Positions 9,888 through 20,142 of a stretch of DNA of 64,000 nucleotides are shown one piece after another. Position 1 is the first letter of the stretch, and every line of letters starts with the position of its first letter. Under the pieces are notes generated by a model. It saw only the letters and a list, made by a program, of their open reading frames with translations. It did no database searches and was not told the origin of the DNA. Made by a program: the position numbers and the translations under genes. The stretch lies in NCBI GenBank assembly GCA_964527365.1, contig CAZGQV010000003.1, positions 8,668 to 72,667 of the forward strand, read 5' to 3'. Source of the stretch: Candidatus Woesearchaeota archaeon. Lineage in GTDB: Archaea > Nanobdellota > Nanobdellia > Pacearchaeales > GW2011-AR1.

Positions 9888-10048
9888 AAAATAAATATTA
9901 AAAATAAATTAATAAATATATGTATATTTTCAACATAACTACTTATCCTAGCCAGATAAAAATCACCAACTGCAAAATTTCCCCAATACTTTTCAATAAT
10001 ACTAAATCTTTATAAAAACATATGAAATTATATTCATATATATAAATA

Positions 10049-10660
10049 ATGGGAGGTAAAAATAAAATGCATGAAAATTATTGCGAACAAAAAAAAATAT
10101 TGAAAATTGGTAGTCCAGCTCCAGACTTTAATGCTGAAGCGTTTCACAAAGGACAAATTAAAAAAGTTTCTTTACAAGATTATAAAGGAAAATGGACAAT
10201 TATTTTCTTTTATCCCGCTGACTTTACATTCGTTTGTCCAACCGAATTAGGAGAAATGGCAGATAGATATGAAAAATTTAAGGAATTGGGTGCTGAAATT
10301 TTAAGTGTGAGTACAGACACTGTATTCGTACATAAAGCATGGCATGACTCATCTGAAACGATTAAAAAAATCAAATTTCCAATGGTGGCTGATCCCACAC
10401 ATAAAATTTCTTGGAATTACGAGACATTGATTCCTGAAGAAGGTGTAGCCTTAAGGGGATCATTTGTAATTGACCCTGAAGGAGTTTTGAAGGCTTATGA
10501 AATTCATGATAATTCAATTGGTAGAAATGTTGATGAATTATTAAGAAAATTGGAAGCTGCAAAGTTCACATCTGAAAATGGTGGGAAAGTTTGTCCAGCA
10601 AACTGGAAACCAGGAAAAGAAACTTTAAAGCCGGGACTTGATTTGGTAGGAAAGATTTAA
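10049..10660 (+). CDS. peroxiredoxin (2-Cys Prx, AhpC/TSA family)
   Basis: FTFVCPTEL peroxidatic Cys motif and a C-terminal resolving-Cys region GKVCPANW. Confidence 0.85.
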   Translation: MGGKNKMHENYCEQKKILKIGSPAPDFNAEAFHKGQIKKVSLQDYKGKWTIIFFYPADFTFVCPTELGEMADRYEKFKELGAEILSVSTDTVFVHKAWHDSSETIKKIKFPMVADPTHKISWNYETLIPEEGVALRGSFVIDPEGVLKAYEIHDNSIGRNVDELLRKLEAAKFTSENGGKVCPANWKPGKETLKPGLDLVGKI

Positions 10661-10711
10661 TTTAAAGAAGATAGTTATCCATCACACTGCGGGAAATAAA
10701 TTGTACCTCTT

Positions 10712-11113
10712 TTATTTTTTTATTAATCCTAATTTTTTTAATAAAACTTTATCTTTTATTGGGTGGGTATATTTTACCATTAAGTTAAGTTTAGGAACAA
10801 TTAATTCATTCCAATATAGCCCATCTCCCTTTTCTGAACTAAATTCACTCCAATTCAATCTTTCTAAATATTCAAAGCTCCCATCAGAATAGCAAATTAA
10901 AGGATAATTTTCAATATGGATATCATAATCAAATTTATTTTTAAAAGATTGTACAATTAAATTGATATTACTTTTTTGAATTTGTTCATTATCAAACAAT
11001 TCATCATTCACAACTCTTTCAAGTCTTTCAACGCCGGTCATCTCAGTTGTATGATTTTTTATTTTAACTCCAGGAAATACTTCTTCATTATTTAATCTAT
11101 ATCTTTCCACCAT
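10712..11113 (-). CDS. hypothetical protein
   Basis: 133-aa ORF of ordinary composition. Confidence 0.3.
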   Translation of the reverse strand: MVERYRLNNEEVFPGVKIKNHTTEMTGVERLERVVNDELFDNEQIQKSNINLIVQSFKNKFDYDIHIENYPLICYSDGSFEYLERLNWSEFSSEKGDGLYWNELIVPKLNLMVKYTHPIKDKVLLKKLGLIKK

Positions 11114-11174
11114 AAATTCTTTAAGAAATAAACTCTTATAATTTTTATAGCGACCATTGTCGTGTCTAATAATA

Positions 11175-11822
11175 TTAAAGTTCTTTGTAAATTTCTGGTA
11201 ATATTTTTCCTTCTGCTTTTTTCAAATGCGCTTGAAAAGTGGAATAAGAAATTCCCATTATTTTTGCCAAATTTTCCATTTTAATCTTTTTGGGATATTC
11301 ATAATACCCATTATTAATTGCAATTTCAACTGCCTTTTTTTGATTTTTAGTTAATTCTGGTAGTAATCTTGTAAAATTTATATTAAATAATTTTTCCTCT
11401 TTGAAAAAAATAATTTCTGCCCCCAATTTTTTTTCGGTAAACTTTAAAACTTTTTCTAAAACTTTCCTATCAAAACTAGCCAAATCCCAAAGGTGGTATC
11501 CTTCTTTGTTAATAATTGTTGGAAGTGGACGAATTATTTTAGGATTATATGCGGGCTCAGCAAATAAAGGTTGTTTAGTAATACTAATTGAAAAGTCACC
11601 TGTTTTCTCAAACTTAACTATTTCTTTACTTTTCTCTAATTCTTTAAAAAGTCCCTTTTTATCTTTTTCATTTCCAAAAACAAAACCAGCCGAAACTAAA
11701 TACAAATATTTATCATCTTTGTAGTAAGAAAGAGGATACCCCGTCATAGAAACACCATATTTAATTGCCAAACTTCCCAAAAGCTGTTTAGATGAATCTA
11801 ATTTTAATTTAAGTCTCCACAT
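11175..11822 (-). CDS. transcriptional regulator with a C-terminal HTH_10 (Bat-like) domain
   Basis: The C-terminal segment LAKIMGISYSTFQAHLKKAEGKIL is HTH_10-like. Confidence 0.4.
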   Translation of the reverse strand: MWRLKLKLDSSKQLLGSLAIKYGVSMTGYPLSYYKDDKYLYLVSAGFVFGNEKDKKGLFKELEKSKEIVKFEKTGDFSISITKQPLFAEPAYNPKIIRPLPTIINKEGYHLWDLASFDRKVLEKVLKFTEKKLGAEIIFFKEEKLFNINFTRLLPELTKNQKKAVEIAINNGYYEYPKKIKMENLAKIMGISYSTFQAHLKKAEGKILPEIYKEL

Positions 11823-11927
11823 GACAATACGACAATAATCGTGTTTAAAAAATTATGTTTTTATTATTTTTATTGTTTGATAAAATGTCTGACGTGAGCA
11901 TTTATCATTAAAGATAATCAATCATAA

Positions 11928-12302
11928 TTATGTTAATTTTTCTAAACTTTTTTTTCTCATTTTTATAATTTGTTGATGATATTTTTTGATATCTCCATTG
12001 TAATTATTTAAAAATTCATCTAAATCAAATGGAGGTTCTGATCCTCCAGGATTATTTTTATGAAATGTGCCAAGCTTATACAGTAAATCCTCTTTATTCA
12101 AATAATCAAATTTTTTTCCAAAAATATTCATAAAATTTAAAACACCAATCATCCAAATATCTAAACTATCTTTTCCTTCTCTATTATGTCTATTATAATG
12201 ATCAGAAACATGTTCTCTAAAATGTGTTATTAATTCTTTTGTACTTCTTGAATTAGCAATATCTTCACACCATTTATCATATTTAATCTCTATATCTTCC
12301 AT
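11928..12302 (-). CDS. hypothetical protein
   Basis: 124-aa ORF. Confidence 0.3.
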   Translation of the reverse strand: MEDIEIKYDKWCEDIANSRSTKELITHFREHVSDHYNRHNREGKDSLDIWMIGVLNFMNIFGKKFDYLNKEDLLYKLGTFHKNNPGGSEPPFDLDEFLNNYNGDIKKYHQQIIKMRKKSLEKLT

Positions 12303-12530
12303 ACAAATTCCCTTATTTATTAATTTAAATAGATTATTATAAAATTTTATATATATTTGATTCCTTGAGTTCTGGGAGTGAGATAAACATATATTTCTGG
12401 ATAAAATTCAAAATTAGTTATATATTCTTTTAATGATTTTATTTTCATATAAAACCAAAATAAATTCAATTTTTAAAAGGGTTCTCACACCATCCAAATC
12501 TTTATATCTGTACATATACCAAAAAGATAC

Positions 12531-13085
12531 ATGGGTTGGAAAATAGAAAACACAAAATATTTTATTGAACAAATTATTGAACAAGAAGATAAACCCGATT
12601 CTAGAAGTTCAATAAAATATACACTCGGAGAATATTCAAGTCAAGTTCCAATTTTCGTGCCAAACGATTCTGAAAAAATAACATTATTTCCATACAAATT
12701 AGAATCTCTTAAACAAAATGTTGATGAAGAATATCCCAATGGAACAATAAATGAAATACATGTTGGAATTCGTAATGATACCGATATTTCTTATATTGTT
12801 CAATTATGGACGCCAAAAGAATTCAATGGAAAAAACATAAGAGAATATAACTTTAGGGATAACGAGCCAAGTGGATCAAATTTCGGACACATATCTGGAC
12901 CAAATTGCTCACCCAATCACGGACCAAGACTGGATAAAAAGATGATGAAGCATTTTATTGAGTTAAGTAAATTCAAACCACAAGTTGCAGGCAATTTAGA
13001 GAAATGCTTAATACATTTAACAAATTCTAGGCCAGGATATGCACAAAATCCAAATAAAGAAATCAAAGTTAGTTTGGAATTATAG
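12531..13085 (+). CDS. hypothetical protein
   Basis: 184-aa ORF. Confidence 0.3.
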   Translation: MGWKIENTKYFIEQIIEQEDKPDSRSSIKYTLGEYSSQVPIFVPNDSEKITLFPYKLESLKQNVDEEYPNGTINEIHVGIRNDTDISYIVQLWTPKEFNGKNIREYNFRDNEPSGSNFGHISGPNCSPNHGPRLDKKMMKHFIELSKFKPQVAGNLEKCLIHLTNSRPGYAQNPNKEIKVSLEL

Positions 13086-13328
13086 TTATAAATTTCTAAA
13101 CATTTTTATACTTGCCAATTTTTATTCCGCTATGTCAAAGAAAAATAAAATCCCTTGGCATCAGGGAACAATTAGTTATTCGCTTTTCTTTGGAATTCTA
13201 GCTATAATCTCCTTTATTGGAACCTACATTTTATACCAATTTTATGACTCTTCATTTACATTAATTTATCTTATAATGGCAATTATCTTTTTCATAATTT
13301 TCTTATATAGATTTTACTTGGAAAGAAA

Positions 13329-13455
13329 AAAATGATAATGAAAAAAGAAACTAAAGAAATTTTAACAAAACAAAAGAAAGCCAGAATAATTGGTTGGATT
13401 ATCCGTGGTGTTTTAATTGTCGGAATTATTTTGTATATGATATTTAAGAATTAAA
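13329..13455 (+). CDS. very small membrane protein (41 aa)
   Basis: ATG at 13329, encoding MIMKKETKEILTKQKKARIIGWIIRGVLIVGIILYMIFKN. The 3' end is duplicated about 430 bp downstream. Confidence 0.3.
13424..13455. repeat. 32-bp direct repeat, copy 1 (aattattttgtatatgatatttaagaattaaa)
   Basis: An identical 32-mer recurs at 13851..13882. Together they flank ORF 13481..13828. Confidence 0.8.
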
Positions 13456-13480
13456 TGAGCACAATAATCCTTAAAAAGAA

Positions 13481-13828
13481 TTGTTTTATTTTAAAAATAT
13501 GGGTGGATTGTTAAAATTAAAATATGAAGTTACAAGTCAAATATCTGAAAATTCATTGATTAATGCATTATCAGTTAACAATGATTATCTAAAATATCTT
13601 GGAAAATTTAAAAAGATATCTGTAAATTATTCAAACAAAAATCCAGAGATTAATTTAGTTTTCAAACAAAACGACCATTTTCAAGGTGGAACAACAAAAC
13701 ACCGTATTTCTGAAATTCTTGAAAATAAAAGAGAAAATATTTTGGAAAATCCTCCGGAAACAGGCTTAGCTTTCATAATTAAAGATTTTGAGATGAAGTT
13801 GAAATATTCTAAAGTTAAAAAGAAGTAG
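13481..13828 (+). CDS. hypothetical protein flanked by direct repeats
   Basis: 115-aa ORF lying between the two copies of the 32-bp repeat. Confidence 0.3.
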   Translation: MFYFKNMGGLLKLKYEVTSQISENSLINALSVNNDYLKYLGKFKKISVNYSNKNPEINLVFKQNDHFQGGTTKHRISEILENKRENILENPPETGLAFIIKDFEMKLKYSKVKKK

Positions 13829-13850
13829 TTTTATTTTCGTTATTTATTGA

Positions 13851-13882
13851 AATTATTTTGTATATGATATTTAAGAATTAAA
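13851..13882. repeat. 32-bp direct repeat, copy 2
   Basis: Identical to 13424..13455. Upstream of it, in frame, lies a degenerate copy of the small-protein C-terminus (VLFSLFIEIILYMIFKN versus VLIVGIILYMIFKN). Confidence 0.8.
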
Positions 13883-13900
13883 AAAATATAACTTTTAAAC

Positions 13901-14242
13901 TTATTTACTGCCTAACAAAACCTTAACAAGCATAATAGTGGGATATTCAACATTCCCGCCAAATTCAGCATAAATAGGACCAATCTTTTCAGTTCCATGT
14001 TTTTCAAAAGCTTTCACAATATCATTGTAACCTTCAACAGAATCTTTAATATATTGGACGTCTAAAGTGGGTTCATCCACCAGTAATCTTCCAATATAAT
14101 TAACAACAGTTTGAGCAGTTAGTTCGATACCTTCGACAATCTCTTCAATCGTTTTCTTTTCAAGAATCATTGCACGAACTTTTGCTTTTCTTTCATTAGT
14201 TCTAATTTGAGTTTTAGTCAAAGGTTTTTCTTCTATCATGAT
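13901..14242 (-). CDS. hypothetical protein
   Basis: The ORF in the track is 13901..14308. The more likely start is the internal MIEEKPL. Confidence 0.3.
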   Translation of the reverse strand: MMIEEKPLTKTQIRTNERKAKVRAMILEKKTIEEIVEGIELTAQTVVNYIGRLLVDEPTLDVQYIKDSVEGYNDIVKAFEKHGTEKIGPIYAEFGGNVEYPTIMLVKVLLGSK

Positions 14243-14379
14243 TAAGATAAAAAATTGGGAGTTTATAAAATTTATCCACAGGTAAAAAATCTCTAAGAAT
14301 ATTTGCACCCGGTGGAAATAGCTAATAAAATTCTATAACCCCACAAAAAAGCTTTAAACTCTCCCCACTTTATTTTGAT

Positions 14380-14928
14380 ATGTTAGATCAATTAATTTCA
14401 ACAAAAATAATTTCAATTCAATCTCTTACCTTAACAAAACTAATGCTAATTTTAACAAATCTTGGAGACAAATACATAATCGCACTTTTCTCAGTAATAG
14501 TTTTGATATTTCTCCTATACAAAAAACCATACCTAAAAACAGAAATCTTCCTTCTAACTCTTGGCTCTTCAGTTATTCTTTCACAAGCTCTAAAATTCAT
14601 AATACAAAAACCAAGACCAATAAATATGCTAATAGAAAAAACAACTTACAGTTTTCCAAGCGGACACGCAACACTCGCAGTTGCATTCTTCGGAATGTTA
14701 ATTTATTTATTCAAAGACAAAATCAAAAATAAAACACTAAGATACACATTCATAACAGCAAATATCTTTCTCATGATTCTAATTGGAATTACAAGAATAT
14801 ATCTAAACGTTCATTGGTTAACTGACGTCTTAGCCGGATACGCACTAGGTTTAATTTGTATTTTTGGTTCAATCTACCTAGTTAATAAAATTGGATTCTT
14901 AAAGAAAAAAAAATCTTTGATATCATAA
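14380..14928 (+). CDS. PAP2-family membrane phosphatase
   Basis: KPRP...SFPSGHA...HWLTD are the three PAP2 signature motifs (KxxxxxxRP, PSGH, SRxxxxxHxxxD-like) in a multi-TM protein. Confidence 0.7.
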   Translation: MLDQLISTKIISIQSLTLTKLMLILTNLGDKYIIALFSVIVLIFLLYKKPYLKTEIFLLTLGSSVILSQALKFIIQKPRPINMLIEKTTYSFPSGHATLAVAFFGMLIYLFKDKIKNKTLRYTFITANIFLMILIGITRIYLNVHWLTDVLAGYALGLICIFGSIYLVNKIGFLKKKKSLIS

Positions 14929-14974
14929 ACAATTTCTCCAAAACTACTTTAAACCCCTTACTCTTTTTTACAGA

Positions 14975-15739
14975 ATGAAACTATTATCTTGGAACGTAAA
15001 CGGAATTAGAGCATGCATAGGCCACGGCTTCTTAAATTCAATAAAACAACATAACCCAGACATTATTTGCCTTCAAGAAACAAAAGCTCATCCAGAACAA
15101 GTAGACATTCAACTAAAAGACTACGAACACCATTTCTGGAACTCGGCAGAACGTAAAGGGTATGCAGGAGTCGCAGTTTTCTCAAAAATCAAACCATTAT
15201 CCGTAAAATATGGAATAGGGAATGAAGCAGACATGGAAGGCCGAGTAATCACATTAGAATTCGAAGATTATTTCCTTGTAACTGTTTATACTCCAAACTC
15301 AAAAAGAGAATTAGAAAGATTAGATTTTCGTCATAAAGAATGGGACAAAGATTTCCTAAACCATGTAAACAAATTACCAAAACCAACCATCTTTTGTGGG
15401 GATCTAAACGTTGCACACACCGAAATGGATTTAGCAAACCCCGCGTCAAACAAAACAACTTTAACAAAACCAGGAAACTGTGGATTCACTGACAAAGAAA
15501 GAGAAGGTTTTGATAATATAATTAACGCGGGATACATTGATTCATTTAGACATTTCAACCCAGGGGAAATAAAATATTCTTGGTGGGCTTACATGTTTAA
15601 ATCTCGTGAAAGAAATGTTGGCTGGCGTATTGATTACTTTTGTGTTCCAGAAATAATAAAACACAAAATGAAATCAGCAGATATTTTGACAGAAGTTCTT
15701 GGAAGTGATCATTGTCCTGTTGTTTTGGAATTGAATTGA
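14975..15739 (+). CDS. xthA: exodeoxyribonuclease III (AP endonuclease, Xth family)
   Basis: MKLLSWNVNGIRA at the N-terminus and the C-terminal SDHCPV motif. Confidence 0.85.
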   Translation: MKLLSWNVNGIRACIGHGFLNSIKQHNPDIICLQETKAHPEQVDIQLKDYEHHFWNSAERKGYAGVAVFSKIKPLSVKYGIGNEADMEGRVITLEFEDYFLVTVYTPNSKRELERLDFRHKEWDKDFLNHVNKLPKPTIFCGDLNVAHTEMDLANPASNKTTLTKPGNCGFTDKEREGFDNIINAGYIDSFRHFNPGEIKYSWWAYMFKSRERNVGWRIDYFCVPEIIKHKMKSADILTEVLGSDHCPVVLELN

Positions 15740-15797
15740 AGATATTCATAAACCTGACCACAATCAATCTTATAAATCCAAAATAATTACTAAATTT

Positions 15798-16169
15798 ATG
15801 TCCAAAAAAATTAATACATTAATAGTCGATGATGAATATGCTTGGAGATTTGATTTAAACAAATTGGCAGAAAAAGCTGGAATAACAAAAATTTCTCAAG
15901 CTTCAAGTGAAAATGAAGCAGATTACTTTATGAAAAAAAATAATTATCAATTAATGTTATTGGATACTCAATACGGAAGCACAATAATGGGGCCAAACAT
16001 TGCAAAAAAAGCTTTTGAAAATGGACAATCCCCAAAAATAATTGCACTTTCTGCAAACGCAGATAACGAAAAATTCTGGAAAAACCAAGATTTCGATTAT
16101 GAATTTTTTGACAAACAAAAATTTAATGTTGAAAACCTAAAATCAATATTAGAAGAAATGGTTAAATAA
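15798..16169 (+). CDS. stand-alone response-regulator receiver (CheY-like) domain protein
   Basis: LIVDDE at the N-terminus, a phospho-acceptor Asp in the LMLLDT context, and a 123-aa length. Confidence 0.55.
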   Translation: MSKKINTLIVDDEYAWRFDLNKLAEKAGITKISQASSENEADYFMKKNNYQLMLLDTQYGSTIMGPNIAKKAFENGQSPKIIALSANADNEKFWKNQDFDYEFFDKQKFNVENLKSILEEMVK

Positions 16170-16268
16170 TTTTGAATTATATTTTTTAAGTTTGATATTA
16201 TTTTATTTATCCATAAAATTGACTTGTAAAATCAAATAATTTATAACTCCTTCCCACTTTTCTAAAAT

Positions 16269-17069
16269 ATGCAAATAAAAAAGTTTTCAGGTGAATATCA
16301 AAATTTTTCTCCAAAAAAAATATACAAGTCAATCAAACAAGCAGGAGGATCTTCCAAATTAGCTAAAGAAACTCTCGACATAGTAAAAAAGAAAATCCAC
16401 AAAGACATAACAACAAAAGAAATACTAAAAATAGTTTTAAGTAATTTGGGAAAAAAACCTGGAGTTTCAGAAAAATATGATTTGAAAAGAGCAATGATGT
16501 CCCTGGGTCCAACAGGATTTCCATTTGAAAAATATTTTGCAAAAATATTACAACACTATGGTTATGAAACAAAAGTTGGAACCAAAATAAAAGGAAAAAT
16601 GATTTTGCATGAAGTCGACATAGTGGCTAATAAAAATAAAAAATTTATGATTGAATGTAAATACCACAATCAACTAGGAATAATAACAAGATTGCATCCA
16701 GCAATGTATACTTACGCAAGATTCCTTGCACTTAAACAACAAAGATTTGACCAACCTTGGTTAGTAACCAACACAAAATGTTCCCTAGATGCAAAAAGAT
16801 ATGCCAAGGGAGTAGGATTAAAAATAACTGGCTGGAGTTATCCAGAAAAAGAATCATTACAAAAATTAATCTCAGAAAAAAATCTATATCCTATAACAAT
16901 TTTAAAAGAATTAACCAACAAAACAAAAGAAATTCTATTTGAAAATAATATAATCACCTTAAAAGATTTTGAAGCATATCCCTTCCTAAATTTGACTAAA
17001 AGACTCAATATTTCAAAAAAAGAAACTACTGCATTATTAAAAGAAGTAGATGAAATATTGGCAATTTAA
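16269..17069 (+). CDS. ATP-cone domain protein fused to a restriction-endonuclease-like (PD-(D/E)xK, Mrr-like) domain
   Basis: The N-terminus MQIKKFSGEYQNFSPKKIYKSIKQAG resembles an ATP-cone. The middle segment EVDIVAN...FMIECKYH fits a D...ExK nuclease core. Confidence 0.45.
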   Translation: MQIKKFSGEYQNFSPKKIYKSIKQAGGSSKLAKETLDIVKKKIHKDITTKEILKIVLSNLGKKPGVSEKYDLKRAMMSLGPTGFPFEKYFAKILQHYGYETKVGTKIKGKMILHEVDIVANKNKKFMIECKYHNQLGIITRLHPAMYTYARFLALKQQRFDQPWLVTNTKCSLDAKRYAKGVGLKITGWSYPEKESLQKLISEKNLYPITILKELTNKTKEILFENNIITLKDFEAYPFLNLTKRLNISKKETTALLKEVDEILAI

Positions 17070-17131
17070 AATCTGCCTTCTCAAAAAAACTTTAAAAAAA
17101 TAAAAAAATAAAAATTAAACTAAAAAAAGAT

Positions 17132-17323
17132 TTATTCTTTCTTTACTTTAACTGCTTTAAGACCTTTATCTCCAGTTTCCACTTCATATGTAACTTTATC
17201 GCCTTCACTAACTTCTACGCCTTCACCTATTTCTGACTGGTGTACGAAAACATCTTTACCATCATCTCCAGAAATAAATCCGAATCCTTTAGCATCATTG
17301 AAAAATTTTATTGTTCCTTTCAT
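17132..17323 (-). CDS. csp: cold-shock protein (CspA family)
   Basis: MKGTIKFFNDAKGFGFISGDDGKDVFVHQSEI carries RNP-1/RNP-2-like cold-shock motifs. Confidence 0.85.
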   Translation of the reverse strand: MKGTIKFFNDAKGFGFISGDDGKDVFVHQSEIGEGVEVSEGDKVTYEVETGDKGLKAVKVKKE

Positions 17324-17559
17324 TTTTTTTAACCTCCCATTTTATCTATAATTGGGATTAATAAAAATCGTTTAATATTAAATAAAAATAAATCTACAAA
17401 TAATTAATGTTTTTTACTAAAATAGTTAAAAAAAATGCCTATATAAACAATTCCTTTTTCTAAATAGCCTTCCTCAGCCGCAACCACCGCTCATTTCACA
17501 AATCCTAGAAGAAAAAAACATCAAAAAATATTTTAAAACATACTAAACTTAACAAATAT

Positions 17560-18285
17560 ATGAAACAAATAAAACAGTTGAAAATAAATAATAAATTATA
17601 TACATTTAATATTTATACAGAAAAAAGAAATTCAACAAGAGCATCAATAACAAAAACAGCAATTACAATTAGAATCCCAAAACACCTATCCAAACAAAGA
17701 CAAGAAATTGAAACTCAAAATTTAATTAATTGGGCTATTAAAAAAATTGAAATTTCTCCCCCAAAAGAAAATATAAAAAAAATTTATTCTCATTTAGATA
17801 TTTTGGTAATTTATGATGAAAAATATATTTTACACATAGAAAACAGAATTTCTGAAAAAAATTTTGCAAAAATAAATAAAAATAGAATAGAATTCAAAAT
17901 AGCTTATCACCATTCCAAAGACAAAAAACAAGAATATATAAAAAAACAATTAAAAAAATTAATTGAAAAACATCATATTGGAGAAATAACAAAACGCGTA
18001 CATAAAATAAATGACTTATGTTTCAATAAAAAAATAGAAAATGTAAAAATAAAATATTTAACCTCCAAATGGGGTCATTGCACTTCAAAAAACGAAGTTT
18101 GTCTTTCTACAAGATTACTTCTTGCACCAAAAGCTGTATTAAATTACGTAATAGTGCATGAATTGGCTCATTTAATAGAAATGAATCATTCAAAAAAATT
18201 TTGGAATATTGTTAAAGCCGTTGACAAAACATACAAAGCAAAAGAAAAATGGCTAAAGGATTACGGACATACATTAGTTATTTGA
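17560..18285 (+). CDS. DUF45/YgjP-like metal-dependent hydrolase (WLM/M48-like HExxH)
   Basis: A C-terminal VIVHELAHLIEMNHSKKFW zincin motif typical of DUF45. Confidence 0.6.
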   Translation: MKQIKQLKINNKLYTFNIYTEKRNSTRASITKTAITIRIPKHLSKQRQEIETQNLINWAIKKIEISPPKENIKKIYSHLDILVIYDEKYILHIENRISEKNFAKINKNRIEFKIAYHHSKDKKQEYIKKQLKKLIEKHHIGEITKRVHKINDLCFNKKIENVKIKYLTSKWGHCTSKNEVCLSTRLLLAPKAVLNYVIVHELAHLIEMNHSKKFWNIVKAVDKTYKAKEKWLKDYGHTLVI

Positions 18286-19269
18286 AATAGTTAACTTGGC
18301 TTTTTTCATGACTTCATTCATCCTATTCAAAGTTTCTTTTGTTTCTCGGCCTTTCTTAAATTCTTTTGAATAAACTTTCCATCTTCTTTTAATTTCTTTC
18401 AAAGCAGCACGCCGACAAATAGAGTCATCAATAATACATACTTTAGCCATATTAACACCCATTTCTGTTGGAGAAGAATATTTGGAATCAATTTTCTTTA
18501 AAATTTTAAAATTATACAAATCACGATTATAATTAACAGCAATTTTTCCATATTTTTTCTGATAATATTTATCTATAACATTGAAGTCACCCAAATCCGC
18601 AGTAGCAGCCTCATAAGCCAAATTAACAGGATGATTCAAAGGGAGATTCCAAACAGGAAATGTTTCAAATTTACTGAATCCAGACTTAATTTTTTTCTTT
18701 TTCTCCAAATAAATCTGATTCAATGCTGTCGCCATTTTTGCTGAACCCCCAGAAGCTCCAGTTATAACAATAATTTTTTTTGAAACGGGAATATGTTTCT
18801 CTTTTGAATAACCTTTCAAAACATAATTAATTCCTTTCTCATAGTCTTTAATTTCATTTCTAACAAAAACAGAATAATCTTTATTTTCTAATTTTTCCTT
18901 AATTAATAAAATTCCTTTTTCTTTACTATAGCGAGTAATACAAATAAAATTAACTTTCAAACCAAATTTTTTGATATCCTTTAAATCTTTCAAAACTTGC
19001 TTAAAATAACTCAAATCAAAATCACCCAAATGTCTAGAAGAAACTAAATCTTTTGCATTCACACAATAAATAATTTCAATTTCACCTAAGCTCTTAATAA
19101 ATTCAATCTTAGATGTTTTTTTATAACCAGGTAAAACCCTTGAAGCATGCATATCATAAACAAATTTTCCCCCAATTTCTAGATATAACCGATCATAAAT
19201 ACTAAGTCGTCTAAAAACTTCCGAACTCTGAGCCTCAAAATATTTCTTAGAATCAAATCCCCTTTTCAT
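18274..19269 (-). CDS. conserved hypothetical protein, possibly DUF1846/UPF0371-like
   Basis: The N-terminus GFDSKKYFEAQSSEV...EIGGKFVYDMHASRVLPG resembles the UPF0371 N-terminus, but the protein is shorter than typical members. Confidence 0.35.
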   Translation of the reverse strand: MKRGFDSKKYFEAQSSEVFRRLSIYDRLYLEIGGKFVYDMHASRVLPGYKKTSKIEFIKSLGEIEIIYCVNAKDLVSSRHLGDFDLSYFKQVLKDLKDIKKFGLKVNFICITRYSKEKGILLIKEKLENKDYSVFVRNEIKDYEKGINYVLKGYSKEKHIPVSKKIIVITGASGGSAKMATALNQIYLEKKKKIKSGFSKFETFPVWNLPLNHPVNLAYEAATADLGDFNVIDKYYQKKYGKIAVNYNRDLYNFKILKKIDSKYSSPTEMGVNMAKVCIIDDSICRRAALKEIKRRWKVYSKEFKKGRETKETLNRMNEVMKKAKLTISNN

Positions 19270-19320
19270 CTAAAAATAAAAGAATAAGAGTATATAAAAT
19301 TAAACAAAAATAAATTTCTC

Positions 19321-20091
19321 TTATCTTAATTTAAATGTTGCACTAATTCTTGCAGTAACTTCTTTCTCACCAGGTTGAATATTAGAAGCAGCTTCTTTCG
19401 CCATTCCAGCATCTTCCATTACACCCCTTCCTGAACTGGAATAAACATTCCAAGGATAATAACCAAAATCACTAACTTGAACTGAAACTAACTTTCCTGT
19501 TTTAAGTCCAAAACCTTCAGCAACTGAATCAGCTTTAATTTGTGCATCCTTTGCAGCTAACTTCATAGCTTCAGCTTTATACTGATTTTGAAGTTCTTGA
19601 CTAAGTTCAAAATTAATATAATTAATTCCAGCTCCAGCATCAACTCCAGCATCAACAATGTTCCCCAAATCATCGGATTCTTCACTATTTATCACAACCT
19701 TAACAGAATGTGTCGCCTTAAATCCATTATCTTCTCTCCCATCTTCCGTCCACTCATAATTGGGGTAAATATTGAAATTCTCAGTTATTATTTCGTCACG
19801 GTCAAATCCTTCCAAAATTAAAGCAATTAACAAATCATTCAAAATTTCTGAATTTTTATCTTTAGCTTCTGAACTAGTATTACCTTCAGTTTCAATATTG
19901 AAGTAAACACTAATTACATCAGGCATAGCATTAACAGTTGCAATACCTTCGACATTTACAGTATTTCCCGAATAAGTTGAATTTGGTGCCTTAAAAGAAA
20001 ACAAAGCAACCAGAGCTACAATTAGAATAACTCCAGAAACAATAGCAGTTATTGCAATAGCATTATTTTTACTTTTCATTTTTTCCTTCAT
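19321..20091 (-). CDS. SIMPL/DUF541 domain secreted protein
   Basis: Signal-anchor at the N-terminus. The core motifs ATVNAMPDVISVYFNIETEG...ENFNIYPNYEW...FKATHSVKVVI fit SIMPL. Confidence 0.55.
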   Translation of the reverse strand: MKEKMKSKNNAIAITAIVSGVILIVALVALFSFKAPNSTYSGNTVNVEGIATVNAMPDVISVYFNIETEGNTSSEAKDKNSEILNDLLIALILEGFDRDEIITENFNIYPNYEWTEDGREDNGFKATHSVKVVINSEESDDLGNIVDAGVDAGAGINYINFELSQELQNQYKAEAMKLAAKDAQIKADSVAEGFGLKTGKLVSVQVSDFGYYPWNVYSSSGRGVMEDAGMAKEAASNIQPGEKEVTARISATFKLR

Positions 20092-20142
20092 TATAATTTT
20101 CTCTAATTCAAATTAATTTAAATTTGTAAGAAAAATTTAAAC

